Positions 9,631 through 19,327 are shown, counted from the stretch's first letter. The stretch: 64,000 bases of DNA from Minisyncoccota bacterium (GCA_035546035.1 DASZXC010000008.1:5202-69201), one strand, 5' to 3'. The notes: generated by a model not told the origin, from the sequence alone. Translations and numbers: made by a program.

Positions 9631-9769
9631 GATGAATCCTCTCTGCGCGGAAAGCCTGTTCTTCATGGATTCATTATATCCATACAACACAAAAGCCGCA
9701 TCTTGCGATGCGGCTTTTGCCGAAACTTACGTCAAACCTTTCGGTTGAAGTAGGCTCTGTACGCTACCG

Positions 9770-11656
9770 TTAAGGGAGCGATACAGCTGCCGTCCTCCAA
9801 GCCGTCTGGCCTGCCATGAAGTTCGAAGTGGTCGTACCAGTACCGTCAGTGTTCTTGCTCCACGCAACCGACTCGAGACCTACGGCGTAGGAACCGGTCG
9901 AAAGGAGAGAACCAGCGGTCGTCCTACCCTCGAAGACGAAGTCTACAGGGATAGTGACCGAGTTGTTCTGAGCGAGCTTGAATGCCTGAGGGCCTGCGAG
10001 ATCCGTAACACCCGACGATGGCGTAGACCATGCAACGCTGGTGTTGTTGCTCAAGCTGGTCTTAGCACCGTTCTGGTAGATACCGAAGGTGAAGGTGTTG
10101 TTAGGAGCCTGGTCTGCGAAGACGATGTCGCCGCCGACTGCGGTGATCGTGAGGTTGAACGTTGCATCTGCGGTCGAGGTCGAGAAGTTGTTCTGAGATG
10201 CAGTCGCCGACTTCGTGATCGTAGCCGAGTTGAGCGTGAAGACAGGGCCTACGCTTCGGACGTTGAAGGTGTTACCCGTAGCAGTACCCGATGGGTTGAC
10301 CGTCGAGCCCTGAGTGTTCTGAGCGACTGGGCCGTTAGCGGCGACAGTGGCGTTGAACGTAGAGTTCGAGGTGCCTGCGTTCTGAATATCAGCCTTGATC
10401 GTGAGGACCTTAGTGGTGTCCTGAGGTACCCAGTAGTTGATGTTCGAGAATACAGCCTTACCCGTCGAGGTGTTGACCGATGCCGAGCCGATCAAGGTCG
10501 AACCGTCATAGAGGTAAGCAGCGGTTGCAGTAGCAGCGCCGGTACCGTTGACGGTTGCCGTGAGGTCGGTGATCTCAACCTGGTCCTTCTGAGCGCGAAC
10601 GTCGAACGCGAGGAGAGGGAGCTTGTCGTACTGGTTGTTGTTTGCACCAGCAGAAGCTACGACATCCGAAGCGAGGAAGTTAGCAGCGTCAGTCGAGACG
10701 AGGAGCTGAGCGTTATCGGTGAGCGAACCCGAGACGGTGACCGTCTGCGAGAACTGCGAGATAGGACCGTACTGGTCGATGCCAGCGCCGTCCGTACCGC
10801 GAACCGCGTTCGAAGGAACCGTGATGGTTCGAGAACCGAGGTCGCCAGACTTGATCGACGAGTAGAGGTCAGCCTTGATGGTCAAGTACTTCGTAGAGTC
10901 CTTTGGAACATTGTAGCTGAAGCCGCCGAGGGTGAGGAGGTAGTCGGTACCAGACTTAACAACAGTGTTGCTGTTGAGGTCAGCCTGCGCGAGAACCTTA
11001 CCCGAGTCGTCTACTACATACATGGTCTTGAAGACCTTGGTGTAGATAGTCGTGTTCGTGCCAAGATCGAGCTGAACGCGCTGGACGTTGATGTCCGAGA
11101 GCTTCGACTGGAGCTTGAGAGAAACGACAGGGATCATCGTCTGTCCTTCGTAGACCGTGATGTTCGAGATCGAACCCTGGTCAACGGTGAGGATGCCTTC
11201 AACGCCAGAGTTTACTACTGGGTTAGAGGAACCGCCGGTGGTGCCGGTCGACGAGGTGCCGTTGAGCGATGCGCGGGTGAGAGGGCCTACGTAACCCGTT
11301 GCTGGGATGCCGTGTGCCGACTGGTACGCGACGACAGCCGCCTTCGTGATCGAACCGAAGTAGCCAGTTGCTGGCGATACTCCGAGAGCGTTCTGGAGAG
11401 CGGTGACGTCAGCGCCCGACGAACCGACCGTGAGGTCCTTCGTGAACGAAACCGACGACGACGAGTTCACTGCTGCCAACGCGGCCTGGGCCTTGTCAGG
11501 AGAGATGATACCCATCTGGATAAAGAGGTTGACGAGCTGCGTCAAGGTCATTGCCTGTGCCGAAGCTGCCGAAGCCCCTACTGCTGCGAAGACCGTGAGA
11601 GCCATCGTGAAACCGATGACTGCTGCAACAACCTTCGAAGTTGTTTTAATTTGCAT
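9770..11656 (-). CDS. Large secreted surface (S-layer-like) protein with N-terminal peptidoglycan-binding domain and Ser/Thr/Asn-rich repeats
   Basis: 628 aa with a signal peptide. PG_binding_1-like segment (DVTALQNALGV...GYFGSITKAAVVAYQSAHGI). Internal repeats are visible (TKYLTIKADLYSS / TKVLTIKADIQNAG). Very low K/E content. Confidence 0.6.
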   Translation of the reverse strand: MQIKTTSKVVAAVIGFTMALTVFAAVGASAASAQAMTLTQLVNLFIQMGIISPDKAQAALAAVNSSSSVSFTKDLTVGSSGADVTALQNALGVSPATGYFGSITKAAVVAYQSAHGIPATGYVGPLTRASLNGTSSTGTTGGSSNPVVNSGVEGILTVDQGSISNITVYEGQTMIPVVSLKLQSKLSDINVQRVQLDLGTNTTIYTKVFKTMYVVDDSGKVLAQADLNSNTVVKSGTDYLLTLGGFSYNVPKDSTKYLTIKADLYSSIKSGDLGSRTITVPSNAVRGTDGAGIDQYGPISQFSQTVTVSGSLTDNAQLLVSTDAANFLASDVVASAGANNNQYDKLPLLAFDVRAQKDQVEITDLTATVNGTGAATATAAYLYDGSTLIGSASVNTSTGKAVFSNINYWVPQDTTKVLTIKADIQNAGTSNSTFNATVAANGPVAQNTQGSTVNPSGTATGNTFNVRSVGPVFTLNSATITKSATASQNNFSTSTADATFNLTITAVGGDIVFADQAPNNTFTFGIYQNGAKTSLSNNTSVAWSTPSSGVTDLAGPQAFKLAQNNSVTIPVDFVFEGRTTAGSLLSTGSYAVGLESVAWSKNTDGTGTTTSNFMAGQTAWRTAAVSLP

Positions 11657-12219
11657 GATTTGTGTGTACTTCTAGTAATGAGGAAACGAAGGCTTTGATT
11701 GATAAACGATGCTTCGCTTCCTGATTAACCGACTGAATAATCTTTCACTCCCTCCCCCGATTTCGACTTCGTGGGGAGGAAATGCGGACCAAGAGCTTTC
11801 GCCCGCGGTCCTCGACTATTCCCCTGGGATTTATTTTCCCAGCGCTCTGGCTTCGAACCATCTGGATGAACAGACCGGCTCGAGTTCAGAACGCTGGGTC
11901 GACTCGACCCCAAAGGCATAGTTATAAGGGTGATGAGGTGCGGCTGAAATTCTGTAGACCGTCCGGGACGAACGGATCGCCTGAAACTTTTTTGATCGCT
12001 ATGCGGTTTTCAATGGTCGAGAAGACGGAAAGAAGCTGCGGTTCTGTAGCCTGTCAATTATATGATGGTTCCCTTAAGGGCACCACCTATAACGATGTGG
12101 ATAAAGCGGGACGGGGCCTTATATAAGGCCTTTTTCCTGGATATATGCCACTTCTATATATTATACGAAAAAAGGCCAAAAAGCAAGTCATCCTCGATAG
12201 GGCCGGCAAGGGACCGATA

Positions 12220-13074
12220 CTAGGGGTTTTGGGCCAAAGAATAGGTGCTCCAACGCCTCTCCCCCTCTTTTTTAAGGACTCCCGAAGCGACCATAGCGAG
12301 AAGCTCGCGCTGGATGGTCTTTTCGCTCACGCCCTTGATGTTGCCTACGAAGTCCTTTACGCCAAGGCCGCTTTTCTTGGAAAGGAGCTTGATAATGATG
12401 GCCTGGCGACTGTCTTTAGAGTCATATGTCTTTGACGTCCGTGCCTCGGTGTCTTTTGGGAGAAGATGTTCGTGCTTTCGGGCCGGGACCGGAGCCTCGG
12501 CCGAAGGAGCCTGTGTCCTTGATTGCGACACCGTCTGTCCTTTATGAGCGGACAGCGGCTCGGGAACGGCTTCCGGGGCGCGCGGAGCGGTTCGGAGAGG
12601 CTCCGGTTCGCCCGCGGCGAAGAACGACGGGTCGAGTATGACGGTCTCTTCGTTCGCCTGCTTGTTCTCATCCTTTTCTATGACGGAGACAAGGCCGTTG
12701 AATTCGCGGGAAAGGATATGGAAATTCATCTCGGAAATAAGGCCTGCGTGGGATGCGACGCTCGAAAGCGATACGATCTCGAGAGCAAGCGCGCGGTATT
12801 CGCGGAGAAGCTCGCGGCGCTCGGCGAGCGATACCGAAACCCAGTCCAGATTAAGCTCCATGAGAGAAAGAGCCGCCTCGCGGATCTTCCATTTCAGAGG
12901 CTCGTTATCCTTTATGAAATTGGTGATCATATAGATCGCCGTGACGAGCTTTTCTGTCTTTTTGTATATAAAAGCGAAGTGGCGATTCGGCCCAAAGACG
13001 ATACCGGCATTGAGCCCCCTTTCGGTAGCCCGCGGTTCGAGGCTTTTATCCTGATTGTGCGGCGTCCCTTCCAT
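12220..13074 (-). CDS. Putative DNA-binding protein with C-terminal winged-helix domain
   Basis: 284 aa. The C-terminal segment IIIKLLSKKSGLGVKDFVGNIKGVSEKTIQRELLAMVASGVLKKEG looks like a wHTH. It is divergent from ftsK. Confidence 0.45.
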   Translation of the reverse strand: MEGTPHNQDKSLEPRATERGLNAGIVFGPNRHFAFIYKKTEKLVTAIYMITNFIKDNEPLKWKIREAALSLMELNLDWVSVSLAERRELLREYRALALEIVSLSSVASHAGLISEMNFHILSREFNGLVSVIEKDENKQANEETVILDPSFFAAGEPEPLRTAPRAPEAVPEPLSAHKGQTVSQSRTQAPSAEAPVPARKHEHLLPKDTEARTSKTYDSKDSRQAIIIKLLSKKSGLGVKDFVGNIKGVSEKTIQRELLAMVASGVLKKEGERRWSTYSLAQNP

Positions 13075-13307
13075 ATGCTTGTAAAATAAGGTTTATTTTG
13101 GTGTCTTTTATAATCTTGTCCTTTAATTTCGGTCTTCGTCCGGTCGAAAAAAGTGTCTTTTATAATAATGTCTTTTAAGAAATCCGTCAAGGGGGACGCT
13201 GTCCATTATATGCTCGCCATAAAGGACGTAAAGACCGGGAGCCGCGCGCGGGATGTTGCGCGGCGGCGATCAGTAGAAGCGCGCGGCAGATGATATAATT
13301 CATCATC

Positions 13308-15647
13308 ATGGCCAAACGAAAAAACGAGGAGTCTGACATCGAAGAAACCGAAGAAACGGAGAAGCCTGAAAAACGCCCGAAGAAGCAGGCAAAGAAAGAG
13401 AAGAGGGGCTTCCTCCGAAGCCTTCCCGACGAGACCGTCCAGGGCATATCGGCGGTGGTATTCTTTGTCCTCGCTATTTTCGTGAGCCTCACTATATGGG
13501 ATAAAGCCGGCCGCGCCGGCCACTGGATATTCTGGGCTTTCTATCACCTCCTCGGCGTGGGCTACTACCTCCTCCCTCTCATGTTCGTGGTCCTCGGCCT
13601 CACCTTCCTCCGCAACCTTCACAGGCATTTCGACACCGCAAAGATATACGGATCGCTCCTTTTCCTAATATCCATCCTTGGTATCATCCACATCGTCGCC
13701 CCCGCGACGGCAGGCAGCCTTCCGAACGGCGGCTATATCGGCATAGGCGTCGCATGGCCTTTCGTTAAATTGTTCGATACGTCGGCGTCGCTTATCTTCC
13801 TGTCGGCGCTCGTCGTCATATCGGTGCTCGTCGCCTTCAATGACGAATTGGACCTCAAATCGCTCGTAAGCTTCAGCCGAAGGAATGAGGGGAAAGACGA
13901 GGATGAGGACAAAGAATATGAGGAAGAGGTAGAGGTGAAATTGGCCCTTCCTCTTGAAGAGCCGTCCGTGATCAAGAGAGACAAGGCCACCGAAAAGCCG
14001 AAGGAGGAGAAGAGGGCGAAAGACCTCAAGGTCTTTGCTCCGGAAGAAGAATCGAAGGATTTCATCCGTACCGCGCCTAAAAAAGACGCCGGGCCATATA
14101 CCCCTCCCCCTCTTTCGCTCCTCGAGCGCGACAAGGGCAAGCCTGAAGTGGGCGACGTCAAAGCCAATGCCAACATCATAAAGAGAACGCTTTCGAATTT
14201 CGGCATAGACGTCGAGATGGACGAGGTGTCCATCGGCCCTTCGGTCACGCGATATGCCCTTAAGCCCGCCGAGGGCGTGAAGCTCTCGCGCATCGTCGCC
14301 CTTCAGAACGACCTTTCCCTCGCTCTGGCGGCTCATCCCCTTCGTATCGAAGCTCCTATCCCCGGAAAATCGCTCGTGGGCATCGAAATACCGAATACCA
14401 CAAAGACCACCGTCGGTTTGGGCACCCTTTTCAGCACGGAAGAGTTTCAGACCTCGGAAAAACCGCTCCTCGTGTCGCTCGGCAAGGGCATTTCGGGCAA
14501 ATCGCATTTCGCCAACGTGGCTAAAATGCCCCATCTCTTGATCGCCGGCGCTACCGGTTCTGGTAAATCGGTGACGATCCACGCCCTCATCGTTTCCCTG
14601 CTCTATCGCCTCGGCCCGGACAAGCTCAAATTCATCATGATAGACCCGAAGCGCGTCGAGCTTACCCTTTATAACAAGATCCCTCACCTTTTGACGCCTG
14701 TTATCACCGACGCCAAGAAAGCCATCCTGTCCCTGAAATGGGCCGCAAAGGAAATGGACAGGCGCTATGATATCCTTCAGGGCCACGGCGTGCGCGATAT
14801 AGAGTCGTACCACAAGAACGTATTCGAGCCCGCCCAGAAAAAGGTAAAAGTTAAGAAAGACGGCGAAGAAGGAGCTGAAAAGCCTTTGGACCCGATGCCG
14901 TATATCGTCGTCATCATAGACGAGCTCGCCGATATCATGCAGACATATCCGCGCGAATTGGAAGCCGGCATCGTGCGCCTCGCCCAGATGAGCCGCGCCG
15001 TCGGCATCCATCTGATGCTTTCGACCCAGAGGCCGTCGGTCAACGTCATCACCGGCCTTATCAAGGCGAATATCCCTGCCCGCCTCGCCCTCCAGGTGGC
15101 TTCGCAGATAGACTCGCGCACCATTTTAGACCAGCCGGGCGCGGAAAAGCTCCTCGGCGCCGGCGATATGTTGTATCTCTCAGGCGAGATGTCCAAGCCG
15201 ACCCGTATCCAATGCGCATACATCTCTGAAAGCGAGGTAAAGAAAGTGGCGAAGTTCCTTGCTGACAGCCATATCGAAGAACTCTCTGACGAGATAAACC
15301 TCTCGGAGAACGCCGTAAAGAATGACAACGCCATATTCTCGGCCACGCTCGACGATTCCCTGTCCGACCCTCTCGGCTCTATGGACGAAGGCGGCGGAGA
15401 CGGCGGCGATGATGATATGTACGAAGAGGCCAAGCGCGTCGTGATCGAAGCCGGCAAGGCGTCCACGTCGTATATCCAACGCAAGCTCCGCGTCGGCTAT
15501 TCCCGTGCGGCGCGATTGATGGACCTCCTCGAAGAGAAAGGCGTCATCGGCCCTGCGGACGGATCGAAACCGCGAACGGTCATCGGCGGCGACAACGCGC
15601 CTGAAGGAGCTCCGGCTGGAACGATGGGCAACGAAGAGCCTTCATAA
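13308..15647 (+). CDS. ftsK: DNA translocase FtsK/SpoIIIE
   Basis: 779 aa. N-terminal TM helices. Walker A LLIAGATGSGKSV. C-terminal gamma wHTH (ASTSYIQRKLRVGYSRAARLMDLLEEKGVIG). Confidence 0.9.
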   Translation: MAKRKNEESDIEETEETEKPEKRPKKQAKKEKRGFLRSLPDETVQGISAVVFFVLAIFVSLTIWDKAGRAGHWIFWAFYHLLGVGYYLLPLMFVVLGLTFLRNLHRHFDTAKIYGSLLFLISILGIIHIVAPATAGSLPNGGYIGIGVAWPFVKLFDTSASLIFLSALVVISVLVAFNDELDLKSLVSFSRRNEGKDEDEDKEYEEEVEVKLALPLEEPSVIKRDKATEKPKEEKRAKDLKVFAPEEESKDFIRTAPKKDAGPYTPPPLSLLERDKGKPEVGDVKANANIIKRTLSNFGIDVEMDEVSIGPSVTRYALKPAEGVKLSRIVALQNDLSLALAAHPLRIEAPIPGKSLVGIEIPNTTKTTVGLGTLFSTEEFQTSEKPLLVSLGKGISGKSHFANVAKMPHLLIAGATGSGKSVTIHALIVSLLYRLGPDKLKFIMIDPKRVELTLYNKIPHLLTPVITDAKKAILSLKWAAKEMDRRYDILQGHGVRDIESYHKNVFEPAQKKVKVKKDGEEGAEKPLDPMPYIVVIIDELADIMQTYPRELEAGIVRLAQMSRAVGIHLMLSTQRPSVNVITGLIKANIPARLALQVASQIDSRTILDQPGAEKLLGAGDMLYLSGEMSKPTRIQCAYISESEVKKVAKFLADSHIEELSDEINLSENAVKNDNAIFSATLDDSLSDPLGSMDEGGGDGGDDDMYEEAKRVVIEAGKASTSYIQRKLRVGYSRAARLMDLLEEKGVIGPADGSKPRTVIGGDNAPEGAPAGTMGNEEPS

Positions 15648-15683
15648 TTATTTAATCTCGGTCTTATATTCTGATAAACGGCT

Positions 15684-16037
15684 ATGACTGACAGGAGGAA
15701 AGTAAAAAGACTCATGAGCATATGGATTGCTATAGGCGCGATCGCTATCGTCGTGGGCTATGGAGCTTTCCGAGCCAAGGATCTCGCCGAAGGACCGATG
15801 CTTTCCGTCGAATTTCCCGCGAACGGCGCCAGGGTGTCCGATTCGCTCGTAGAGATCGGCGGAACGGCTAAAAATATCGCCTTTTTGACGCTGAACGGGG
15901 ACAAGATATTTACGGACGAATCAGGCGCCTATCGCGAGAAGATCCTCGTCGCTCCCGGGTATAATACAATTACGCTTGAAGCCCGCGACCGATTCGGGAG
16001 AATAGCCAGAAAGACATTACAATTAACCTACAACTAG
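15684..16037 (+). CDS. Small membrane-anchored hypothetical protein
   Basis: 117 aa with an N-terminal TM helix and a beta-rich ectodomain. Confidence 0.4.
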   Translation: MTDRRKVKRLMSIWIAIGAIAIVVGYGAFRAKDLAEGPMLSVEFPANGARVSDSLVEIGGTAKNIAFLTLNGDKIFTDESGAYREKILVAPGYNTITLEARDRFGRIARKTLQLTYN

Positions 16038-16038
16038 C

Positions 16039-17100
16039 ATGCCAGCAAAGAAGAAAGACGCGGTAAAGGAAGCGGCGGAAGCGATCGAAACGGCCCCCGC
16101 CCCCAAGGAGCGCGCGAACATAGACGACACGCTCAACGCCATCAAGACCAAATTCGGCGACGAAGCCATCATGAAGCTCGGCGAAAAGCCGAAAGTGAAC
16201 GTGAACGCCATTCAGACCGGCTCGATCGGCCTCGATGCGGCCCTCGGCATCGGCGGCGTGCCGCGCGGACGCATTATCGAGATCTTCGGCCCTGAATCGT
16301 CAGGCAAGACTACTCTTTCTCTCCATATCATCGCGGAAGCCCAGAAAACGGGCGGCATATGCGCATTCATAGATGCAGAGCATGCTATGGACCCCGAATA
16401 CGCCAAACGCATCGGCGTAAAGACCGACGAGCTCCTTATCTCCCAGCCTGATACGGGCGAACAGGCTCTCGAGATCGTCGAATCGCTCGTCCGATCGGGC
16501 AAGCTCGACGTGATCGTGATAGACTCGGTGGCCGCCCTCACCCCGAAGGACGAGATCGAGGGCGATATGGGCGCCATGCACGTCGGCAAGCAAGCACGTC
16601 TGATGTCCCAGGCATTGCGCAAACTAACTGCCATCACGGCGAAATCGAAGACCGTCGTCATATTCATAAACCAGATCCGTATGCAGATCGGCGTCATGTT
16701 CGGCAATCCAGAGACTACCCCGGGCGGCAAGGCGCTTAAATTCTATACGTCGGTACGCCTCGACATACGCCGAATCGCTCAAATTAAAAAAGGAGAAGAG
16801 GTCGTCGGCGGCCGCGTGCGCGTCAAAGTGGTCAAGAATAAAGTCGGAGCGCCTTTCAAGCAGACCGAATTCGACCTCATGTACAACGAAGGCATCAGCC
16901 GCGAGGGCGAGATCATCGCATTGGGCGAAGTCCACGGCATCATCTCGAAGTCCGGCGCTTCGTATTCATATCAGCCTGAAGGAAGCGAAAAGATAGCCCT
17001 GGGCCGAGGCTATGACGCTACGCGCCAGTTCCTCAAGGAGAATGCCAAGATCACGAACGAGATCCTGAAGAAGATCAGGACGAAGCTGAAGGAGATATAA
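16039..17100 (+). CDS. recA: Recombinase RecA
   Basis: 353 aa. Walker [10 protein letters not shown]. The RecA core is conserved throughout. Confidence 0.95.
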   Translation: MPAKKKDAVKEAAEAIETAPAPKERANIDDTLNAIKTKFGDEAIMKLGEKPKVNVNAIQTGSIGLDAALGIGGVPRGRIIEIFGPESSGKTTLSLHIIAEAQKTGGICAFIDAEHAMDPEYAKRIGVKTDELLISQPDTGEQALEIVESLVRSGKLDVIVIDSVAALTPKDEIEGDMGAMHVGKQARLMSQALRKLTAITAKSKTVVIFINQIRMQIGVMFGNPETTPGGKALKFYTSVRLDIRRIAQIKKGEEVVGGRVRVKVVKNKVGAPFKQTEFDLMYNEGISREGEIIALGEVHGIISKSGASYSYQPEGSEKIALGRGYDATRQFLKENAKITNEILKKIRTKLKEI

Positions 17101-17124
17101 TCGCCCATTCGTTCCTTCCACAGA

Positions 17125-17158
17125 AAAGCCGCCTTCGGACATCGCCGGGGCGGCTTTT
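17125..17158 (+). terminator. Hairpin plus T-run downstream of recA
   Basis: gccgcc ... ggcggc stem followed by tttt. Confidence 0.4.
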
Positions 17159-17334
17159 CTGCACTTGGTTACTTCATCTTGGAAAAGAGCTCCTCCGTAG
17201 AAGAGGATAAAAAAGCGGTAGTTAAGAAATAATGAAGATTTTCCGGCATCTGTGGACAACCTGCTGTTCATGAGCTAGGATAAAGCCCTATTAAGCCGTA
17301 TTTAGAAATTAAGCCTCTTTTTTAATCCCCTGCC

Positions 17335-17925
17335 ATGGCACTCCTTGAATACAACGAAGTAACCGCGCGAAAGTACATCATCTTCGAAGGCGAGCCCTAC
17401 GAAGTCGTCGAGAACAATATCTTCCGCATGCAGCAGCGCAAGCCGCAGAACAAGACGAAGATCAAGAATCTTCTGAACGGCCGCGTCGTCGAGGCGACGT
17501 TCCACGCATCCGACAAGGTCGAGGAAGCCGAGATCACGAGCGAGGAAGCGAAGCACCTCTACGCCAACAAGGGCGAATACTGGTTCTGCGACGCAGAGGA
17601 TCCGTCGAAGCGCTTCAAGATATCTACCGAGGTGCTCGGCAACCAGGCGCTTTTCCTCAAGGCGAACACGATATACGAGACCAAGATCTTCGTAGACCCT
17701 GAGACCGAGGAAAAGACCATATTCGGCGTGAAGCTCCCTCCTACCGTCGATTTGAAGGTCGTCGAGGCCCCTCCGGGCATCAAAGGCGACACCGCCCGCG
17801 GCGGCAACAAATTGGTCAAGGTAGAGACCGGCGCCATGATCTCCGCTCCCCTCTTCGTGAACGAAGGCGAGACTATCCGCATCAATACCGAGACCGGCGA
17901 ATACCGCGAGCGTGTCACCAAATAG
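17335..17925 (+). CDS. efp: Elongation factor P
   Basis: 196 aa with the EF-P three-domain pattern. Confidence 0.9.
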   Translation: MALLEYNEVTARKYIIFEGEPYEVVENNIFRMQQRKPQNKTKIKNLLNGRVVEATFHASDKVEEAEITSEEAKHLYANKGEYWFCDAEDPSKRFKISTEVLGNQALFLKANTIYETKIFVDPETEEKTIFGVKLPPTVDLKVVEAPPGIKGDTARGGNKLVKVETGAMISAPLFVNEGETIRINTETGEYRERVTK

Positions 17926-17956
17926 AGCAAAAAACCGCCTTTGGGCGGTTTTTTGT
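17926..17956. terminator. Bidirectional intrinsic terminator between efp (+) and rpsR (-)
   Basis: aaaaaaccgcc ttt gggcggtttttt: a GC stem flanked by an A-run and a T-run. Confidence 0.65.
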
Positions 17957-18160
17957 TTATCGAGCTACATACGGGAGGAGCCCCATGAACCTTGCCCTCT
18001 TAACGGCGAGAGCGAGCTTGCGCTGGTTCGTCGCAGAAACGTTGGTACGCTTCTTGCCCTGGATGCGGGCATGAGGGTTCAAGAATTTCTTGAGGATATC
18101 CGTGTCCTTATAGTCGATGTGCTCGATGTTGTGCTGCTTGAAGAAACACTGTTTGCTCAT
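17957..18160 (-). CDS. rpsR: 30S ribosomal protein S18
   Basis: 67 aa. IDYKDTDILKKF...QRKLALAVKRARFMGLLPY. Confidence 0.9.
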   Translation of the reverse strand: MSKQCFFKQHNIEHIDYKDTDILKKFLNPHARIQGKKRTNVSATNQRKLALAVKRARFMGLLPYVAR

Positions 18161-18191
18161 AATGGTTGCTTTAATTGCTTGGTAACTGGCT

Positions 18192-18662
18192 TTAGAATGG
18201 GATGTCCTCCGGGTTGATATCTTCGCTCGGATATTCGATCGTGTCTACGGCTGCTGCTTTGGAAGCGCTACCGGACTTGCCGCCCGTCGGAGCTTCAGAG
18301 GTTCCCGCGCCTGCCCCGCCGCTGAATCCTCCGGCCTTCGCGCCAAACTGGACGCGGTCTGCGACGATCTCGGTGCGGTATTTCTTCTCGCCCGAAGTCT
18401 TGTCGTCCCATGATCGGGTCTGGATACGGCCTTCCACCATCACCTGTTGGCCCTTTTTAAGGTACTGCGCCGAGGTCTCTGCCTGGCGGCCGAAGACGAC
18501 TATATTATGGAACTGAGTGTCTTCCTTCTTGTTGCCGTCCTTGTCGCGCCAGACGCTGTTCGTCGCGACCGAGAGCGATACCACCTGCATGCCCGAAGGC
18601 AATGCGCGGAGCTCCGGGTCTCGGGTGAGGTTTCCTACGATGAGTGCTTTGTTGAGATACAT
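18192..18662 (-). CDS. ssb: Single-stranded DNA-binding protein
   Basis: 156 aa with an OB fold, a Gly-rich linker and a C-terminal DIPF tail. Confidence 0.9.
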   Translation of the reverse strand: MYLNKALIVGNLTRDPELRALPSGMQVVSLSVATNSVWRDKDGNKKEDTQFHNIVVFGRQAETSAQYLKKGQQVMVEGRIQTRSWDDKTSGEKKYRTEIVADRVQFGAKAGGFSGGAGAGTSEAPTGGKSGSASKAAAVDTIEYPSEDINPEDIPF

Positions 18663-18718
18663 GTTATTTGGAGAGTTGGTTGATTAATCGATGAGAACCA
18701 AGTTTCCCCTATTGTATC

Positions 18719-19180
18719 TTAGGCGACGAGCTTGTCGATAGACTTGTCGAGGTCCTCTGCGGATGCCGGCTTGCCGTCCTTCACGGCGTCAGCCTTTGCC
18801 TCCTTCTTCTCTTCGGCGAGGATCTTTGCTCCGTAGAGCGTATTCTCGCGGACCGTCTTTACGATGAGGTGGCGGAGCACTTTCTCCGAACCCTTCATCG
18901 CCTTGTCGAGCTCCGCGACCGCGTCGGTCGGAGCCTCGAACTTGATCCAGCCGAAATAGGCCGTATCGAACCTATGTCGAGCCGGTCCGATCGGCTTGAT
19001 CATGGTATAGGCAAGATTGCGAAGCTTGGGGAATTCTTCCGATATGATCGTTGCCTGCTGCGCTCCGAGGACGGCCTTGATGGCGTCTACCTCCTTAGGG
19101 AGATTCTCTGGAGAAACAGTGGGGACGATGTGGAAGCCCACTTCGTAGACGGTGCCTGCCGTCTTAGCTGTCTCTGTCAT
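18719..19180 (-). CDS. rpsF: 30S ribosomal protein S6
   Basis: Its position in the conserved rpsF-ssb-rpsR order supports the call, and it has an acidic/basic C-terminal tail. Sequence similarity is moderate. Confidence 0.75.
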   Translation of the reverse strand: MTETAKTAGTVYEVGFHIVPTVSPENLPKEVDAIKAVLGAQQATIISEEFPKLRNLAYTMIKPIGPARHRFDTAYFGWIKFEAPTDAVAELDKAMKGSEKVLRHLIVKTVRENTLYGAKILAEEKKEAKADAVKDGKPASAEDLDKSIDKLVA

Positions 19181-19327
19181 TGTTGTTATGACTAGCTTAT
19201 AAAGCCCTTTTGAGGCGAACCGTCCTTGCTATAAGCCGTTTCCTTGGCAGAAAACATTCCAAAGCAAGTACCAGCCATACTACCTGAAAACGGCCGATTT
19301 GCAACGTTATGCGAGGAAAAGGCACGA

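Noticed and set aside
11657-12219. Hypothesis that the long intergenic region encodes RNase P RNA, tmRNA or SRP RNA
   Set aside because: Only fragmentary motif resemblances were found (GGGGAGGAAA, AAGGGTGA..GGTGCGG, ACAGAACC). I could not find a consistent P4 pairing, a tRNA-like 3' end or an SRP domain-IV loop. I kept it as an unclassified ncRNA candidate only.
13665-15011. 448-aa minus-strand ORF
   Set aside because: It is antisense to ftsK and has an Arg/Asp/Gly-rich shadow composition.
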